37,882 bases of DNA from positions 1 through 37,882 of the IMG/VR virus record IMGVR_UViG_3300030098_004104, one strand, 5' to 3'. The notes under the pieces are model-generated. The model was not told the DNA's origin. It did no database searches and worked only from the letters and a program-made list of their open reading frames with translations. The stretch comes from a virus. Taxonomy: Duplodnaviria > Caudoviricetes. Positions 11,301 through 20,311 of this stretch are shown in pieces. A program made the position numbers and the translations under genes. Within the stretch, counting starts at the first letter, position 1. The number at the start of each line of letters is the position of its first letter.

Positions 11301-11393
11301 GCGCAGCATGTTCATTGCAAACGAACCGGGGTCTGGAGAGTCGGCAGAGATGCCGCCACCCAGAATCTCAACCTCTTGGGCCTTAGTTGCCAC
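8382..11393 (-). CDS. Tail nozzle / tubular protein B-like (1003 aa)
   Basis: N-terminal GGI..D...FAMNM..RNGAWRVRKG and beta-propeller-like segments (TLFFSDEG, GEITAIAELGSGVVVFT, TGCASPSAV...LFWAD); follows adaptor gene. Confidence 0.65.
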   Translation of the reverse strand: MATKAQEVEILGGGISADSPDPGSFAMNMLRRNGAWRVRKGFGQLDQFDTSMSRNVPSATAVDWGYQRHLGSYYMQTNFGHEQIVSLLVGKCSTTLGPVKEQIHFLYLVSIYDVTTGDRWEEPVFVQTCENARNETQMAVTFDPPEWHGVYETCQDKSYQSWLSAQAASKQAGKRRESALLESSDSPFFVEYADVLYFGTPMMGTVAYIPCTFRGNRRKGLDDVFFHEWAEPYSETAVIRRAPMVPGPSKKAFVYFNTTDFPSATAATKVGNRVVYASGRTLFFSDEGYPTSVVKANTVDISCDGEITAIAELGSGVVVFTDSETWYYRPSNEFLASSGVLRRVTESTGCASPSAVTRVEEALFWADANGAYLMGADLNIAKASQGLDRFFTDSISNPFTSFYTESSTGYTDLAFQQPQTHIRMDTTGLNVEYCPFLGAVLMTVPGQNLSLCYAEGQWSVWSYTSVVKKSAISRPVPGVASGDDTDNPDGNITFPWLVSSTTDLWLIGGMDKETLADATSLDDDTISKSYYILQYGRGGAIDRSQDEWDTNHLNAPGREDSRQFAGRYLQLPNQGFLGSNQPFNHNAAVYIMPWIELPQEFVFPSGNKKGATATPGNCPPIPDDANLRMVLLPIQIAVKWSEFGAFCGGGCSGSASASTGTGVLDDLLLNFEFDSTYWSPVFNVGAASSTALIDFILPPERLDSAGGYTGGSGKVRLETSGGAASTTGDHVSIYFDSAGSAASTYGKMNISDGKRDMVIYIPMYITGDGTYGGMHITGVDCALKSNLGSSSDVIPAVYAWEQYMATGAMRSKDKMAQPVDWAYKSAHVGLDDAVRVKSRGLYSRMKSHGDGTDKLEPIWVWGTYNTLASVDQKGWTSQIIDYSGEAASSTMSQPTSIDKIASKNNIRTRVQPTTNAALVDRVFASSGDSATSNPTYGSTASAGTGNFLIDDEESSTIATSDSVKGDSFSYMLFGHMQNRAQSILLSSVKAVFRVVSNRRRRGR

Positions 11394-11401
11394 GCGACCC
11401 C

Positions 11402-12097
11402 CTAGTATTCGTTGGCTTCTAGAACGCGCTGCACGTACTGCGGAGCGTCTACTACCCGCTTGGTAAGCCCCTCTTCCAGGTCAGCCAAGCGACGCCCAAG
11501 CTGCTCCATTAAGGGCTGGTTAAACGCACCGTCCCTGATGGCGTACTGCTTTGATGCCAGCAACGCGACCACATCGTGGTACAGACTCAGGTCGTCTACC
11601 ACGTCGGTAGAGGCCAGGTTGTCCCACATAGTCGCCGACTGCTCAGGGACGTAGGCGATGTTGATGGTGTCGTTGATCTTGCCGCTAAACACCAGCTTGG
11701 TGCCTACCAGCATGTAGCCACACCACGAACGCTCAAGGGCGGTGGAACTGGTTACTGGCTCGTAAATCGTGGTTGGCAACGAGGTCGATGAGTCCAAGAT
11801 CGAGACGCTAATCAACTTTACCAAGCGCCGACCCGCAGTTGCAGACGCACCGAGCACCTTGCCAACCGCCAGGTCATCAAAGGTTACGTTGGTCGTGGCG
11901 AAGTCAAACTTGGCCGCGTCGGTCATGGTCAGGGCCGCGCCCGTCGAGTACGTCTCTGGCTGGATGCGAGTCACGATGTCTCTAAACTCGCGGTAGCCCT
12001 GCGCCAAAAACACCTTGATGTCGCTGTCTGTTACAAAAGTGGCGTCAGGCTCATCAATGTAAGCGCGAAAAAGCTCGGCTGTCTCCTTGATGTTCAT
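11402..12097 (-). CDS. Head-tail adaptor / tail tubular protein A-like (231 aa)
   Basis: Helical N-terminus (IDEPDATFVTDSDI) and C-terminal YHDVVALLAS; between portal and nozzle. Confidence 0.6.
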   Translation of the reverse strand: MNIKETAELFRAYIDEPDATFVTDSDIKVFLAQGYREFRDIVTRIQPETYSTGAALTMTDAAKFDFATTNVTFDDLAVGKVLGASATAGRRLVKLISVSILDSSTSLPTTIYEPVTSSTALERSWCGYMLVGTKLVFSGKINDTINIAYVPEQSATMWDNLASTDVVDDLSLYHDVVALLASKQYAIRDGAFNQPLMEQLGRRLADLEEGLTKRVVDAPQYVQRVLEANEY

Positions 12098-14037
12098 GTC
12101 ACCCCTCCAGGCGCAGGACTAATCATCGCCTCTGAGCGATTCGCGGCCAACCTTTCGGCATTGGAAATTGTGCCAACCTTCTGGTTCCGAGCGGCCAACT
12201 GGTCTGCGATCTGGCCCTGTGCCATAGAGGAGTCGCTAGCCATGAGTGCTGCGGCCTGTGCCGTGGGGTCCGCTCCTGGCGCTGGCGCTCGCGGGAACAC
12301 CATCTGATTGACCAGCATATTCTGGTATTGCGCGTCGTCCACGCCCATCTTGGCAGCAACGATGGCGACCATAATCTCAGATAGGTAGTCCTGTCGTTCT
12401 TGAGGCAAGTCGTAGAACGGGGCGGACTGCATGAACTCCTTGAAGACCTCCTCCATCGAGTCCAGATCGTCGTTGCGGAAGATCTGCACTTCTCCGACAC
12501 CTTCTGTCGCAAGTTGCAAGATCTCCCTCGCGTGAGCAATCGCCTGCACCTTCTTGGACACGTAAGCATTGCCAGTGCGGAAGCTGATTTCTTGCATGGC
12601 TGTAGCGGGGTCAATCAGGCCAAGCTGCAACAACTGAACAACCTTGGCGTCTCTGTCCTGCGCCTCGTCCCTGAACAGGGAGCCCGCCTCGATGAACACT
12701 TCGGGGCTCTCGTCTAGGTCAGTGGCCTTTAAAGCCTTAAAGGTGACACGACCTGACTCATCGAGCATGCGCATCATCTTGCCTTCGGTGTAGAACCGCT
12801 GCATCAGCATCAAAGCACATCGGGCCATCTCTCGGACGCCGCGCTCAATGGCCGCTTGCGTTCCCTGAAGCTGGCTAGTGTCCTGGCTGGCAAGGGCCTC
12901 AATAGCCTTGCCGCTAGTTACTCCAACGGCTCGCTTACCGAGAGAGACAGAGTGGATGCCCGCAACGTCTCCCATCTCGGACTGGATGCGCTGCACGTTG
13001 TCGATGATGTACGACGGCAGTGGAGATGGAGCGATCTGTTGGGGAGCGCCGCCTGCGGGGTTGTAGTAGATCTTCTCTCCCGGTCGGCTGGTGATGGAGT
13101 GGTTCGACACCCCAGCCGTCTTCGGAATGACCCACTTCGGATTGCCCATTAGCTCGACGTTGTGGATTACCTGCGAGCGAGCCTTGTTGTACAGGCGCTG
13201 CAAGTCCACAAGAGGGCTAATTAGGGATACGCCCCACAGGCGGCGTGGGATCTCAGTGTAACGAACGACCTGGATAGGGAAGCACTCAGCAGGAAACTTG
13301 TTCTCTTTGTACAGGTACTGGTCCCCTACCAGGATGGCGTGCTTTCCATCGCGCCAGTAAATCTCAAACACCTCAACTCGGTCCACCGGAGGGCCGGCGT
13401 AGTTGGGGTTGTAGAACGAAGCGTAGTCGTTCTCATTGATGACCGTAGCGCCGTCAATAATCTTCTTCTTATTTGGGTACGCTTCTCGAAGCGACTCCCT
13501 AGTGTGGAACGTGCGAATCGCCACCCACTGGCTCTCGTCTGGTGAGTTGACCCCGCACTCAAAGAAAAGGTCGTATGCGCCGTGCGTGCTGGTTCGTACT
13601 TCATCGAGCGCGGGGTCGTAATAGGTATGAAAGGCGGCGGTGCCAGTCGTAAGCAGCCAGCGAGTCATGTCGCTAAGCACGTCCTCCATTCGGCTAGACG
13701 ACCAGTAATACTTGAGCGCAGTCTCAGCAGACCTAGCCTTTACGATGTCTTCTGTCGAAGGGCTGGCAGGCAGAACAACCACAGACGGGTAGTTCATCTC
13801 CAAGCGAGCCAGGATGTTTCTGTAGACGTTCAGGAGCAGGTTAATCGTGACCCTGGGCTGGCCATCTCGGTTCTCTGCTCCGACGTACTGTTCAATCGTC
13901 TTGTCGTAGCGAAGCCATTGGCGGCCCTCCAGAAACCGAAGGCCCATGTCCCAAAAACGTTGCTCATAAACCTTGTCGGAACGCGACTGAGTAAGGAGCC
14001 CTTTGATGTTGTCTGGAAACTTAGACATCTCAGCCAC
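12094..14037 (-). CDS. Portal protein (P22-like, 647 aa)
   Basis: FLEGRQW, INLL, PRRLWGVSLISPLVDLQRLYNK, SGKAI motifs; Q/A/M-rich C-terminus. Confidence 0.85.
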   Translation of the reverse strand: MAEMSKFPDNIKGLLTQSRSDKVYEQRFWDMGLRFLEGRQWLRYDKTIEQYVGAENRDGQPRVTINLLLNVYRNILARLEMNYPSVVVLPASPSTEDIVKARSAETALKYYWSSSRMEDVLSDMTRWLLTTGTAAFHTYYDPALDEVRTSTHGAYDLFFECGVNSPDESQWVAIRTFHTRESLREAYPNKKKIIDGATVINENDYASFYNPNYAGPPVDRVEVFEIYWRDGKHAILVGDQYLYKENKFPAECFPIQVVRYTEIPRRLWGVSLISPLVDLQRLYNKARSQVIHNVELMGNPKWVIPKTAGVSNHSITSRPGEKIYYNPAGGAPQQIAPSPLPSYIIDNVQRIQSEMGDVAGIHSVSLGKRAVGVTSGKAIEALASQDTSQLQGTQAAIERGVREMARCALMLMQRFYTEGKMMRMLDESGRVTFKALKATDLDESPEVFIEAGSLFRDEAQDRDAKVVQLLQLGLIDPATAMQEISFRTGNAYVSKKVQAIAHAREILQLATEGVGEVQIFRNDDLDSMEEVFKEFMQSAPFYDLPQERQDYLSEIMVAIVAAKMGVDDAQYQNMLVNQMVFPRAPAPGADPTAQAAALMASDSSMAQGQIADQLAARNQKVGTISNAERLAANRSEAMISPAPGGVT

Positions 14038-14548
14038 CAGCCTTCGGCGGGTTCATGTAGGCATTAAACCCGCTCATACCGCCCTGTCGAAACGCCCTCT
14101 CTCCCCTTGTGGAAGTAAGCGCGTCAAACTTGTCGAACTCTTTGTCCCTCATAAATCGGTCCAGGGCGTTGTCGTAAGCAAGCTGGTATCGGTTATCCGC
14201 TACTTGGTTAGTGAGGTTGGCCAGGCCGGTGCCAGCCGTAGCCGCCCTAGTAAGGCCGGGTGCCGTATCGCCAGATGCCGCCTGCTCAGCACCACTGAGC
14301 AACTGCCCCGTTAGTGAGCCGAGCCCAGCGCCAGCACCGACACCGGCCAACACGCTTGTGGCTCCTAAAGCGGCTGGAGCGAGGCCACCAGTAAGAGCGC
14401 CAGCGCCAAGAAGACCAAGAGTTGTCCAAGCCTGTCGGGTTCTGTCGGACTCTTCTTCACTTGCTACACCCTGAGCCTCTCGCTCAAGTCCGGCCTGGGC
14501 AATGGACTGCCTGAGTTGGTCAGAATAAGAGAGCCCTACAGCCATCAC
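14030..14548 (-). CDS. Glycine-zipper membrane-like / possible virion protein (172 aa)
   Basis: LGLLGAGALTGGLAPAALGATSVLAGVGAGAGLGSL hydrophobic GxxxG array. Confidence 0.55.
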   Translation of the reverse strand: MMAVGLSYSDQLRQSIAQAGLEREAQGVASEEESDRTRQAWTTLGLLGAGALTGGLAPAALGATSVLAGVGAGAGLGSLTGQLLSGAEQAASGDTAPGLTRAATAGTGLANLTNQVADNRYQLAYDNALDRFMRDKEFDKFDALTSTRGERAFRQGGMSGFNAYMNPPKAGG

Positions 14549-14727
14549 GAATCCCCGTAAATCATGTCGATAATCGGAGTGTGCTCTTGGTAGAACGACT
14601 CTTCTCTATCGACTAGCGACTTCCACTCCGCCGCCTCTCTGCGGATCTTCATCCACAGGTAGACGTGTAAAAACCCCAGCAAAGAGATCCCCGCCATCAA
14701 GGCGATGAGGACGAGGATCTCTTGCAT
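14545..14727 (-). CDS. Small membrane protein (60 aa)
   Basis: N-terminal TM helix; GGAGG RBS; ATGA overlap with next gene. Confidence 0.6.
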   Translation of the reverse strand: MQEILVLIALMAGISLLGFLHVYLWMKIRREAAEWKSLVDREESFYQEHTPIIDMIYGDS

Positions 14728-14763
14728 GGGGCACCTCCAAGGGGTGAGCCTAGAAGGTTAAAC

Positions 14764-16083
14764 TCAGCTATAGATGTCGATGCCGGTCAGAACCGCATTG
14801 GCGTTCGGACGGACACAGACCGTGTTGTAGTACCAACGGTAGAAGCCCTCCCAGGCATCCTTGTCGGCAACACGGCTGAGAGCAGAGCCATCGAGGTCCG
14901 CGAACCCACCAGACTGAAGCTCAAGGAGCTTCCAGGTCTTGAGGCTCAGGAAGATCATCATGCCCTTGGGTACGTGACGCGAAACCTTCATCGGGATGTT
15001 CCCGTAGCTCAAGTCGAGGAAGCCGCCGTCACCGTTAGAAGCGCCGCCGCGAGACGTAGCCTGCATGGTGCTGGTGAGCATCCCGACGTAGTTCGAGCGA
15101 GTGGTCGGATGCACCAGGATGCAGTCGGGAGACTCTCCCGAAAGCTCGTTGACATCATCCAGCACAATCTGAATTCGCTCGCTGGTCAAGTCACCAAGAG
15201 AAGCAGCGCCAGCGCCGTTGGTGGGGTTCACCGAACGAACCACGCAGTCGAGAGTAGCCTCACGGGCGTTACCGCCACGGACAACACCGAAGTGCTCGAC
15301 CTCGCCAGCGCCAGTGGCCTTCACGCCACCGCCGAACAGGTTCGACAGGATGCCGACGGACTCAACGCCACCAGCAGCCAGCGTCGTACCACGACGAACC
15401 GCGTTGGCGTATCCGGTCGCGCCCGCAGGGGGCGTAATCGCAGCGTTGAAGGTCAGAAGGCCAGCCGCCTCGTTGATGACGGTGACGGTATCAGCCACGC
15501 CCGTGCCAGCAGTGCTGTCGAGGAACGTGGTGTTCTTCATCGTGGTACCGTCGGACTGGAATCCAGGCTGGCTGGCATCCAGAACATGCAGAGCGTCTCC
15601 GACGGTGATCTTCGAGAAGTCGCCCTGGAAAGCCTGAACGGTAGCGTTCGTGCTGCTGGTGATGAAGCCGATGATGTCGCCGCCCGTAACCAGGTTGTGG
15701 TTGGCCGAGTTCTTGATGTCATCGACGAGCTTGTTCATCTCGGCTTCCATCCAGCCGATGAACGCACCCTTACCGCCGTTGCGAGCAGAAGCGACTGCGA
15801 CACCCGTGATCTCGAACCGACCGTAAAGGTACTTGGCCTCGATCTCCAGGCGCTTGTAAGTCTGAACCTGAGCGGTAGGAAGTGGGTCAGTCTCAGTCTT
15901 GAATTCGACGCTGCTGTTGCGAGCGGTGTGGATCGGAACGATTGCCTTCTTTCCGTTCCAGTCAACGCTCATCTTCTCGAAGAGGTTCAGAACGAGAACC
16001 TCATTATTAAGCTGCTCCTGAACCGGCCCAAGGTAGAACTCCTTGAGAATCGCGTCCAGGGTAGTCTTGGTGGCCTGAGCCAT
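14764..16083 (-). CDS. Major capsid protein (HK97 fold, 439 aa)
   Basis: Follows scaffold; LKEFYLGPVQEQLNN, ILVHPTTR, YGNIPMKVSRHVPKG, RPNANAVLTGI pattern; AGGAG RBS; strong codon bias with a long antisense shadow ORF. Confidence 0.85.
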   Translation of the reverse strand: MAQATKTTLDAILKEFYLGPVQEQLNNEVLVLNLFEKMSVDWNGKKAIVPIHTARNSSVEFKTETDPLPTAQVQTYKRLEIEAKYLYGRFEITGVAVASARNGGKGAFIGWMEAEMNKLVDDIKNSANHNLVTGGDIIGFITSSTNATVQAFQGDFSKITVGDALHVLDASQPGFQSDGTTMKNTTFLDSTAGTGVADTVTVINEAAGLLTFNAAITPPAGATGYANAVRRGTTLAAGGVESVGILSNLFGGGVKATGAGEVEHFGVVRGGNAREATLDCVVRSVNPTNGAGAASLGDLTSERIQIVLDDVNELSGESPDCILVHPTTRSNYVGMLTSTMQATSRGGASNGDGGFLDLSYGNIPMKVSRHVPKGMMIFLSLKTWKLLELQSGGFADLDGSALSRVADKDAWEGFYRWYYNTVCVRPNANAVLTGIDIYS

Positions 16084-16095
16084 TGTACTCTCCTG

Positions 16096-16995
16096 TTAGA
16101 GTAGGGGGTTGAGTTTACCCCACGCGTCTCTCAGGAATGCAGAACCTTCAGCTACAGACTTCGGCTTCTTCTCGCCAGTGCCTACGGTGCTTTCCGATGC
16201 ACCAGACTTGGCAGGACGAGGAGGAGCCTCTGGCTTCTTAGCGACAGGAGCGGGGTTGTCTTTGAGATGGCGAGCGATAGCTGCCTCCTCAATCTCCGCA
16301 ATCCTGGCGCTGTATGCTTCAGCGACATTCATAATCGATACGCCGGGGTCAGAGGCGACGGCCTGCAACAAGAACTGCCGGTCAGCGTTCGGGTACTTCC
16401 CTACCGCTTCCGAAATTTCACCCTCAAGCTGGCGCTGGGCAAGTGCAACCTCCTGGGCATGGAGTCGCTCCATAAGAGCGTCCACCCTGGGATCTTGCGC
16501 TGGCTGCTCTGGCTGCTGCGGAGAACTCCCCTCCAGCAAGCCATCTAGCCACTTGTCCTCACTAGCTTGAGGCGCTTGTTGTGCCGGAAGCATCTGCTTA
16601 ATCTGCTGCGCGAGCTTTAGTTCCTCGCTTAGGCTGGCCACCTTCTGCTCAAGAGCGGATAGCTGTTCTTTGTATCCGTTCCTGGCGTCAACGACCTGCT
16701 TAAACCGGTTATACGGGACTCGGTGGCCCGGTGTCTCCTCGTCGCCTGCCTCGCCGTCAGTGTCGGCAGACGCTTCTTGAGAAGTTTCAGCAGTTGCTTC
16801 CTGTACTGGCTCAGTGTCGGTCTGAGCCTCAACCCCCGCATTATCGTTTACGTCCTGTGCGGGCTCGGACGAAGCGGCCTCTTCTGGCGCTGCCTCAACT
16901 TCAGGTGCCGGTGTCTCAACAGACACGGGCTCAACCACGCTGCCATCAAGTGCAGCCATGACTCCAGCAGTTGCTTCAGAATCCAATAGAGACAT
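16096..16995 (-). CDS. Capsid scaffold protein (299 aa)
   Basis: Acidic disordered N-terminus, RVPYNRFKQV motif, coiled coil, Pro/Lys-rich C-terminus; directly upstream of capsid. Confidence 0.8.
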   Translation of the reverse strand: MSLLDSEATAGVMAALDGSVVEPVSVETPAPEVEAAPEEAASSEPAQDVNDNAGVEAQTDTEPVQEATAETSQEASADTDGEAGDEETPGHRVPYNRFKQVVDARNGYKEQLSALEQKVASLSEELKLAQQIKQMLPAQQAPQASEDKWLDGLLEGSSPQQPEQPAQDPRVDALMERLHAQEVALAQRQLEGEISEAVGKYPNADRQFLLQAVASDPGVSIMNVAEAYSARIAEIEEAAIARHLKDNPAPVAKKPEAPPRPAKSGASESTVGTGEKKPKSVAEGSAFLRDAWGKLNPLL

Positions 16996-17006
16996 TCTTC
17001 CTCCGT

Positions 17007-18629
17007 TTAACGCCTGGTAGGCGAGTTGTTGAACGCCGCGTCAATTGGCGACGATTCATTTTCTGGAACTCCCCAACGTTCTTGCTCGTAGTCGTCGGGG
17101 CTTCCGCGATAGATGCTGCCAGTCCTCAATTCAAACTGCAACACTTCAGACACTTTCGACGGACGGAAGCGATCTGTGCGCTCCTGCCGAAGCGGCTCAA
17201 TCTGGTCCATGCCCTGCAACGCAAGAGCGTGAGCAAACACCATGTCGTCGTGCTTTTTACTCTCAGCCTCGGGCTTGCCACGGGCGTTGTATACAAAGGT
17301 GTTCATCTCGCATTTCATGCGGTCATCGTTGATCGGCAGCTTCCGCTTCGCAGTGTACTCGTGCAGACGGCTAAGCATTACAGGCCGACTAGAAGAGTTG
17401 GTGTTAAAACCCAGCTTCTCCACCCAACGACCGGCCATCTTGTCGAACTGTGTGCGCCTGTATAGGTGTGAGTACCCCTTCGATATGAGGTTCTCCAGCA
17501 CAGCGAGCCCGTAGGAGTTGGACTCCACCACGATCAAGGCTTCGTACTTCATCGCTTCCTCATGCACGCGCTCTGAGAACTCGTGGATAGAGAGGCGGTT
17601 GTAATACGTCGAGACGACCGCTGGGTTCTCTTTGTCTGTTACGTCAATTACGCAAAAGGCGCTGTAATCACCGCTCGGAGAACCCGAAGCAGAGTCAACG
17701 CCGATCGAGTAAACCTTGAAGCTCTCATGTTTCTCATAGCAACGGTACCCAGGAAACGACTGTACATTTGGAAAGACTTGATCGAAGAAGCGTTCTCCAG
17801 AGGTGATAAACGCCTGCTCGGCAGAGAGCGGGTACTCTTGCAAAAAGGTCTGCCAGTTGGACATACACTTCGTTTCAAACGTTCTTTGTGCCCAGTTCTT
17901 CTGCGGCTCAGCCAGGTCAAACTCTTTAGACAAGTTTTCGACGTGGGGGTGGTACCCCTTTGGCTTATCGGTGCTGATGTATCCAGGGTCTTCTGACCAC
18001 GGGAAGAACAGCTTGCTGTAGCCCATCTCCTTGTTCCACATAGAGTGAGCGTCGTTCATGCCGTTAGCGGTGGTTTCAAGAACCACCTCTGCATTGGGGC
18101 CGCAGGTCTGGAACGCAGACGCGACGGTCTTCTCTGGGTCATCCCAGAACGCAAACTCAGAGCAGTGGAGCGCCTGGTGCGTGGTGCCACGGAAGTTTTC
18201 AGAGTTCGCGGTTGATACGCGAATCAGGCCACCGTGGAAGAACTTGAGTTCCCGCACGTTCGACTTCTCTGTGCGGAACTTCAGGTGCTCAGGCAGGTAG
18301 TTGTAGAACCTGCGGTAGACCTCAAAGATCGATTGTGCGGACTCGATCCGATGAGCCAGAACAGCAACTTGGAAGTGGGGCTTGAACAGCGCCATCCAAA
18401 AGAATCTCGCTGCAATGGCCGTAGTCATCCCAAGCTGACGAGCCTTCAGGATGTACATCCAGTTGCTCTCTTCCGCAGTCGCCACATACCGCTGCTGCGC
18501 GGGATGAAGACTCAGCTTCCGAAGACGGCCCACCTTGTCGACAATATTCAGGTGCCGGCAGAAATAGTGAAAGTCGCTTGAGCACCGCTGAATCTCCCGC
18601 TTCTCTTGCGATGGCGTGAGGCGAGCCAC
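17007..18629 (-). CDS. terL: Terminase large subunit (540 aa)
   Basis: Walker A LKARQLGMTT, Walker B LHCSEFAFW, coupling motif ETTANG, nuclease IGVDSASG and HDDMVFA. Confidence 0.95.
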   Translation of the reverse strand: MARLTPSQEKREIQRCSSDFHYFCRHLNIVDKVGRLRKLSLHPAQQRYVATAEESNWMYILKARQLGMTTAIAARFFWMALFKPHFQVAVLAHRIESAQSIFEVYRRFYNYLPEHLKFRTEKSNVRELKFFHGGLIRVSTANSENFRGTTHQALHCSEFAFWDDPEKTVASAFQTCGPNAEVVLETTANGMNDAHSMWNKEMGYSKLFFPWSEDPGYISTDKPKGYHPHVENLSKEFDLAEPQKNWAQRTFETKCMSNWQTFLQEYPLSAEQAFITSGERFFDQVFPNVQSFPGYRCYEKHESFKVYSIGVDSASGSPSGDYSAFCVIDVTDKENPAVVSTYYNRLSIHEFSERVHEEAMKYEALIVVESNSYGLAVLENLISKGYSHLYRRTQFDKMAGRWVEKLGFNTNSSSRPVMLSRLHEYTAKRKLPINDDRMKCEMNTFVYNARGKPEAESKKHDDMVFAHALALQGMDQIEPLRQERTDRFRPSKVSEVLQFELRTGSIYRGSPDDYEQERWGVPENESSPIDAAFNNSPTRR

Positions 18630-19138
18630 TATCCAGAAGCCTCCCCACTCCCCTTATCTTCTAACTCGGGGATTGGGAGAATCTCAAGTATTTGGCCATC
18701 AGAGAGCCCATCGCCGCGTAGGGCCGCGATCTTCGCTTCTGTAAGCCGAATCTCTGCGCGCTGCGCCTCGATCTTCAAGCCGTCCATCATGCGCTTGTGC
18801 TCTAGGCTCGTGTTGTGGTTCGCCTTGTACTCGTCGCGCGTGCGCTCAAGAATCCAAGCAGCAGCACGCCAGTCCTTCTTGGCGGCATCCTTAATGCGGT
18901 CTACAAGCAAGATAGTGGCGTCTTTCTCACAACGAACGACGTTGTTTTTGAACTCGACGTAATGGGCGTACTTCTGAAGGCTCGTGTCGCCTTTGACTAG
19001 CCAGGAGTTAAAGGTCGAAGTGGGAATCTCAAGAAGCTCACACACCGACTGACGGGTGTGGCCATCTCGCAGAAGCTCATAAACACGCTCAATGATGTGC
19101 GGCTGAAACTTCGACGTAGATGGCATCTTCTTTTTCAA
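18629..19138 (-). CDS. terS: Terminase small subunit (169 aa)
   Basis: N-terminal HTH, KKDWRAAAWILER motif, directly upstream of terL. Confidence 0.75.
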   Translation of the reverse strand: MKKKMPSTSKFQPHIIERVYELLRDGHTRQSVCELLEIPTSTFNSWLVKGDTSLQKYAHYVEFKNNVVRCEKDATILLVDRIKDAAKKDWRAAAWILERTRDEYKANHNTSLEHKRMMDGLKIEAQRAEIRLTEAKIAALRGDGLSDGQILEILPIPELEDKGSGEASG

Positions 19139-19635
19139 GCCGTAACCTTTTTGCCTGCCTTGTACTCGCGCTTAACACGCCTGCGGTCGTTGCGCTTTGT
19201 TTGCTCTAACAAGCAGGTGTGAGCAGCCGTCAAGAAATTCACCAGATCGCGGCCAAACTGCGACTCATCGAACACACCAGTCTCACACATGGGGTTGTTA
19301 GACGTAAGCCGCCTATCAAACTCCCTGGTCAGCACCCGGAAGTCCCGATGCTTTGGGCGAAGTCGCTCGGTCTTGTACTGGTCTAAGACCTCGTTGGCCT
19401 GACGAACCGTGTACCGGATGGTGTGGTACGCGGACTCAACCCACTTCTCGATCTTAGGCCGAGCCTGATCGTCGTGAAAGTTGTTAAACAGGTCACGAGT
19501 AACAGCGTTCACCTCGTCGAGCACCGAAGCCAAGAGCCCCTCGACCACAGTGTGGTCAAAGCTCTGGTCAGTCGTTACTCGCAGGCACTTCTCGCCGTCT
19601 TCGTCCTCGAACTCCTGGTCAACCAGGCGAATCAA
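19135..19635 (-). CDS. Hypothetical protein (166 aa)
   Basis: ORF overlapping neighbours by 4 nt at both ends. Confidence 0.6.
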   Translation of the reverse strand: MIRLVDQEFEDEDGEKCLRVTTDQSFDHTVVEGLLASVLDEVNAVTRDLFNNFHDDQARPKIEKWVESAYHTIRYTVRQANEVLDQYKTERLRPKHRDFRVLTREFDRRLTSNNPMCETGVFDESQFGRDLVNFLTAAHTCLLEQTKRNDRRRVKREYKAGKKVTA

Positions 19636-19886
19636 CGAGAAAACCGGCGCATGTCAGCGCACACCGTCATAACTCCGGTGCCCTTACGCAAGTGGGAACG
19701 AAGGAGCGCAACAACAGCCTCTTCGGTAGACAGGCGCGCTCTTTTTGCAGCAGCCTCGAAGAGGTACATCTCTTTGTCAGAGAGCCCGCTAAGAACTTTC
19801 GGGGCAGCGGCAGGCTTCTTTGGAGCAGCTTTCTTTGGCTTCGGAGCCTGGGCTTTTGCATCTTCCGTCTTTTTCTTTGGTGGCAT
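19632..19886 (-). CDS. Small basic protein; K/A/P-rich N-terminus, possible ribbon-helix-helix-like C-terminus (84 aa)
   Basis: MPPKKK...PKPKKAAPKKPAAAPK then LSDKEMYLFEAAAKRARLSTEEAVVALLR; GGAG RBS. Confidence 0.55.
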   Translation of the reverse strand: MPPKKKTEDAKAQAPKPKKAAPKKPAAAPKVLSGLSDKEMYLFEAAAKRARLSTEEAVVALLRSHLRKGTGVMTVCADMRRFSR

Positions 19887-19888
19887 CG

Positions 19889-20311
19889 CTAGTTATCTCC
19901 TTGGCCTTTGGCAAGCAGCCGTCTTCTTTTGAGAACTTTACGTGCAAAGTACTTGCTCCTGGCCGTACATCGGTTTCCCGAGTTCCAGTGACAGAGGACA
20001 TCAAACCGCCTTGGACCGTAACGCCTCTGATGACGGATAATGGCCTCGATTCCTGCGTCAATCAAGTCACAACCCTTAATCGTCTTATTTGGGCAGTAGT
20101 ATTTGGGCAGGATTTGCAGCGGCCCCACAGCCCCAGCAGAGCTTTTGGCATCCATAGAAAAACGCGACTCCGTAAACGACAGGGCCACAGCCAAGGCAGG
20201 CTCAACGCCTTGGCGTAGCGCCGCCTGTGCCACCTCGTGGCAGACCGCTTCGCGATCAGCACTGAAAACCGCCATCCAAGACATGGCTATCGCGCACAAC
20301 TTAACGACCAT
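19889..20311 (-). CDS. Lytic transglycosylase, SLT domain (140 aa; start reassigned to ATG 20311)
   Basis: ALAVALSFTESRF, AKSSAGAVGPLQI, HWNSG motifs; hydrophobic N-terminus. Confidence 0.85.
   Translation of the reverse strand: MVVKLCAIAMSWMAVFSADREAVCHEVAQAALRQGVEPALAVALSFTESRFSMDAKSSAGAVGPLQILPKYYCPNKTIKGCDLIDAGIEAIIRHQRRYGPRRFDVLCHWNSGNRCTARSKYFARKVLKRRRLLAKGQGDN

Noticed and set aside
14722-16104. 460-aa plus-strand ORF
   Set aside because: Antisense shadow of the codon-biased capsid gene
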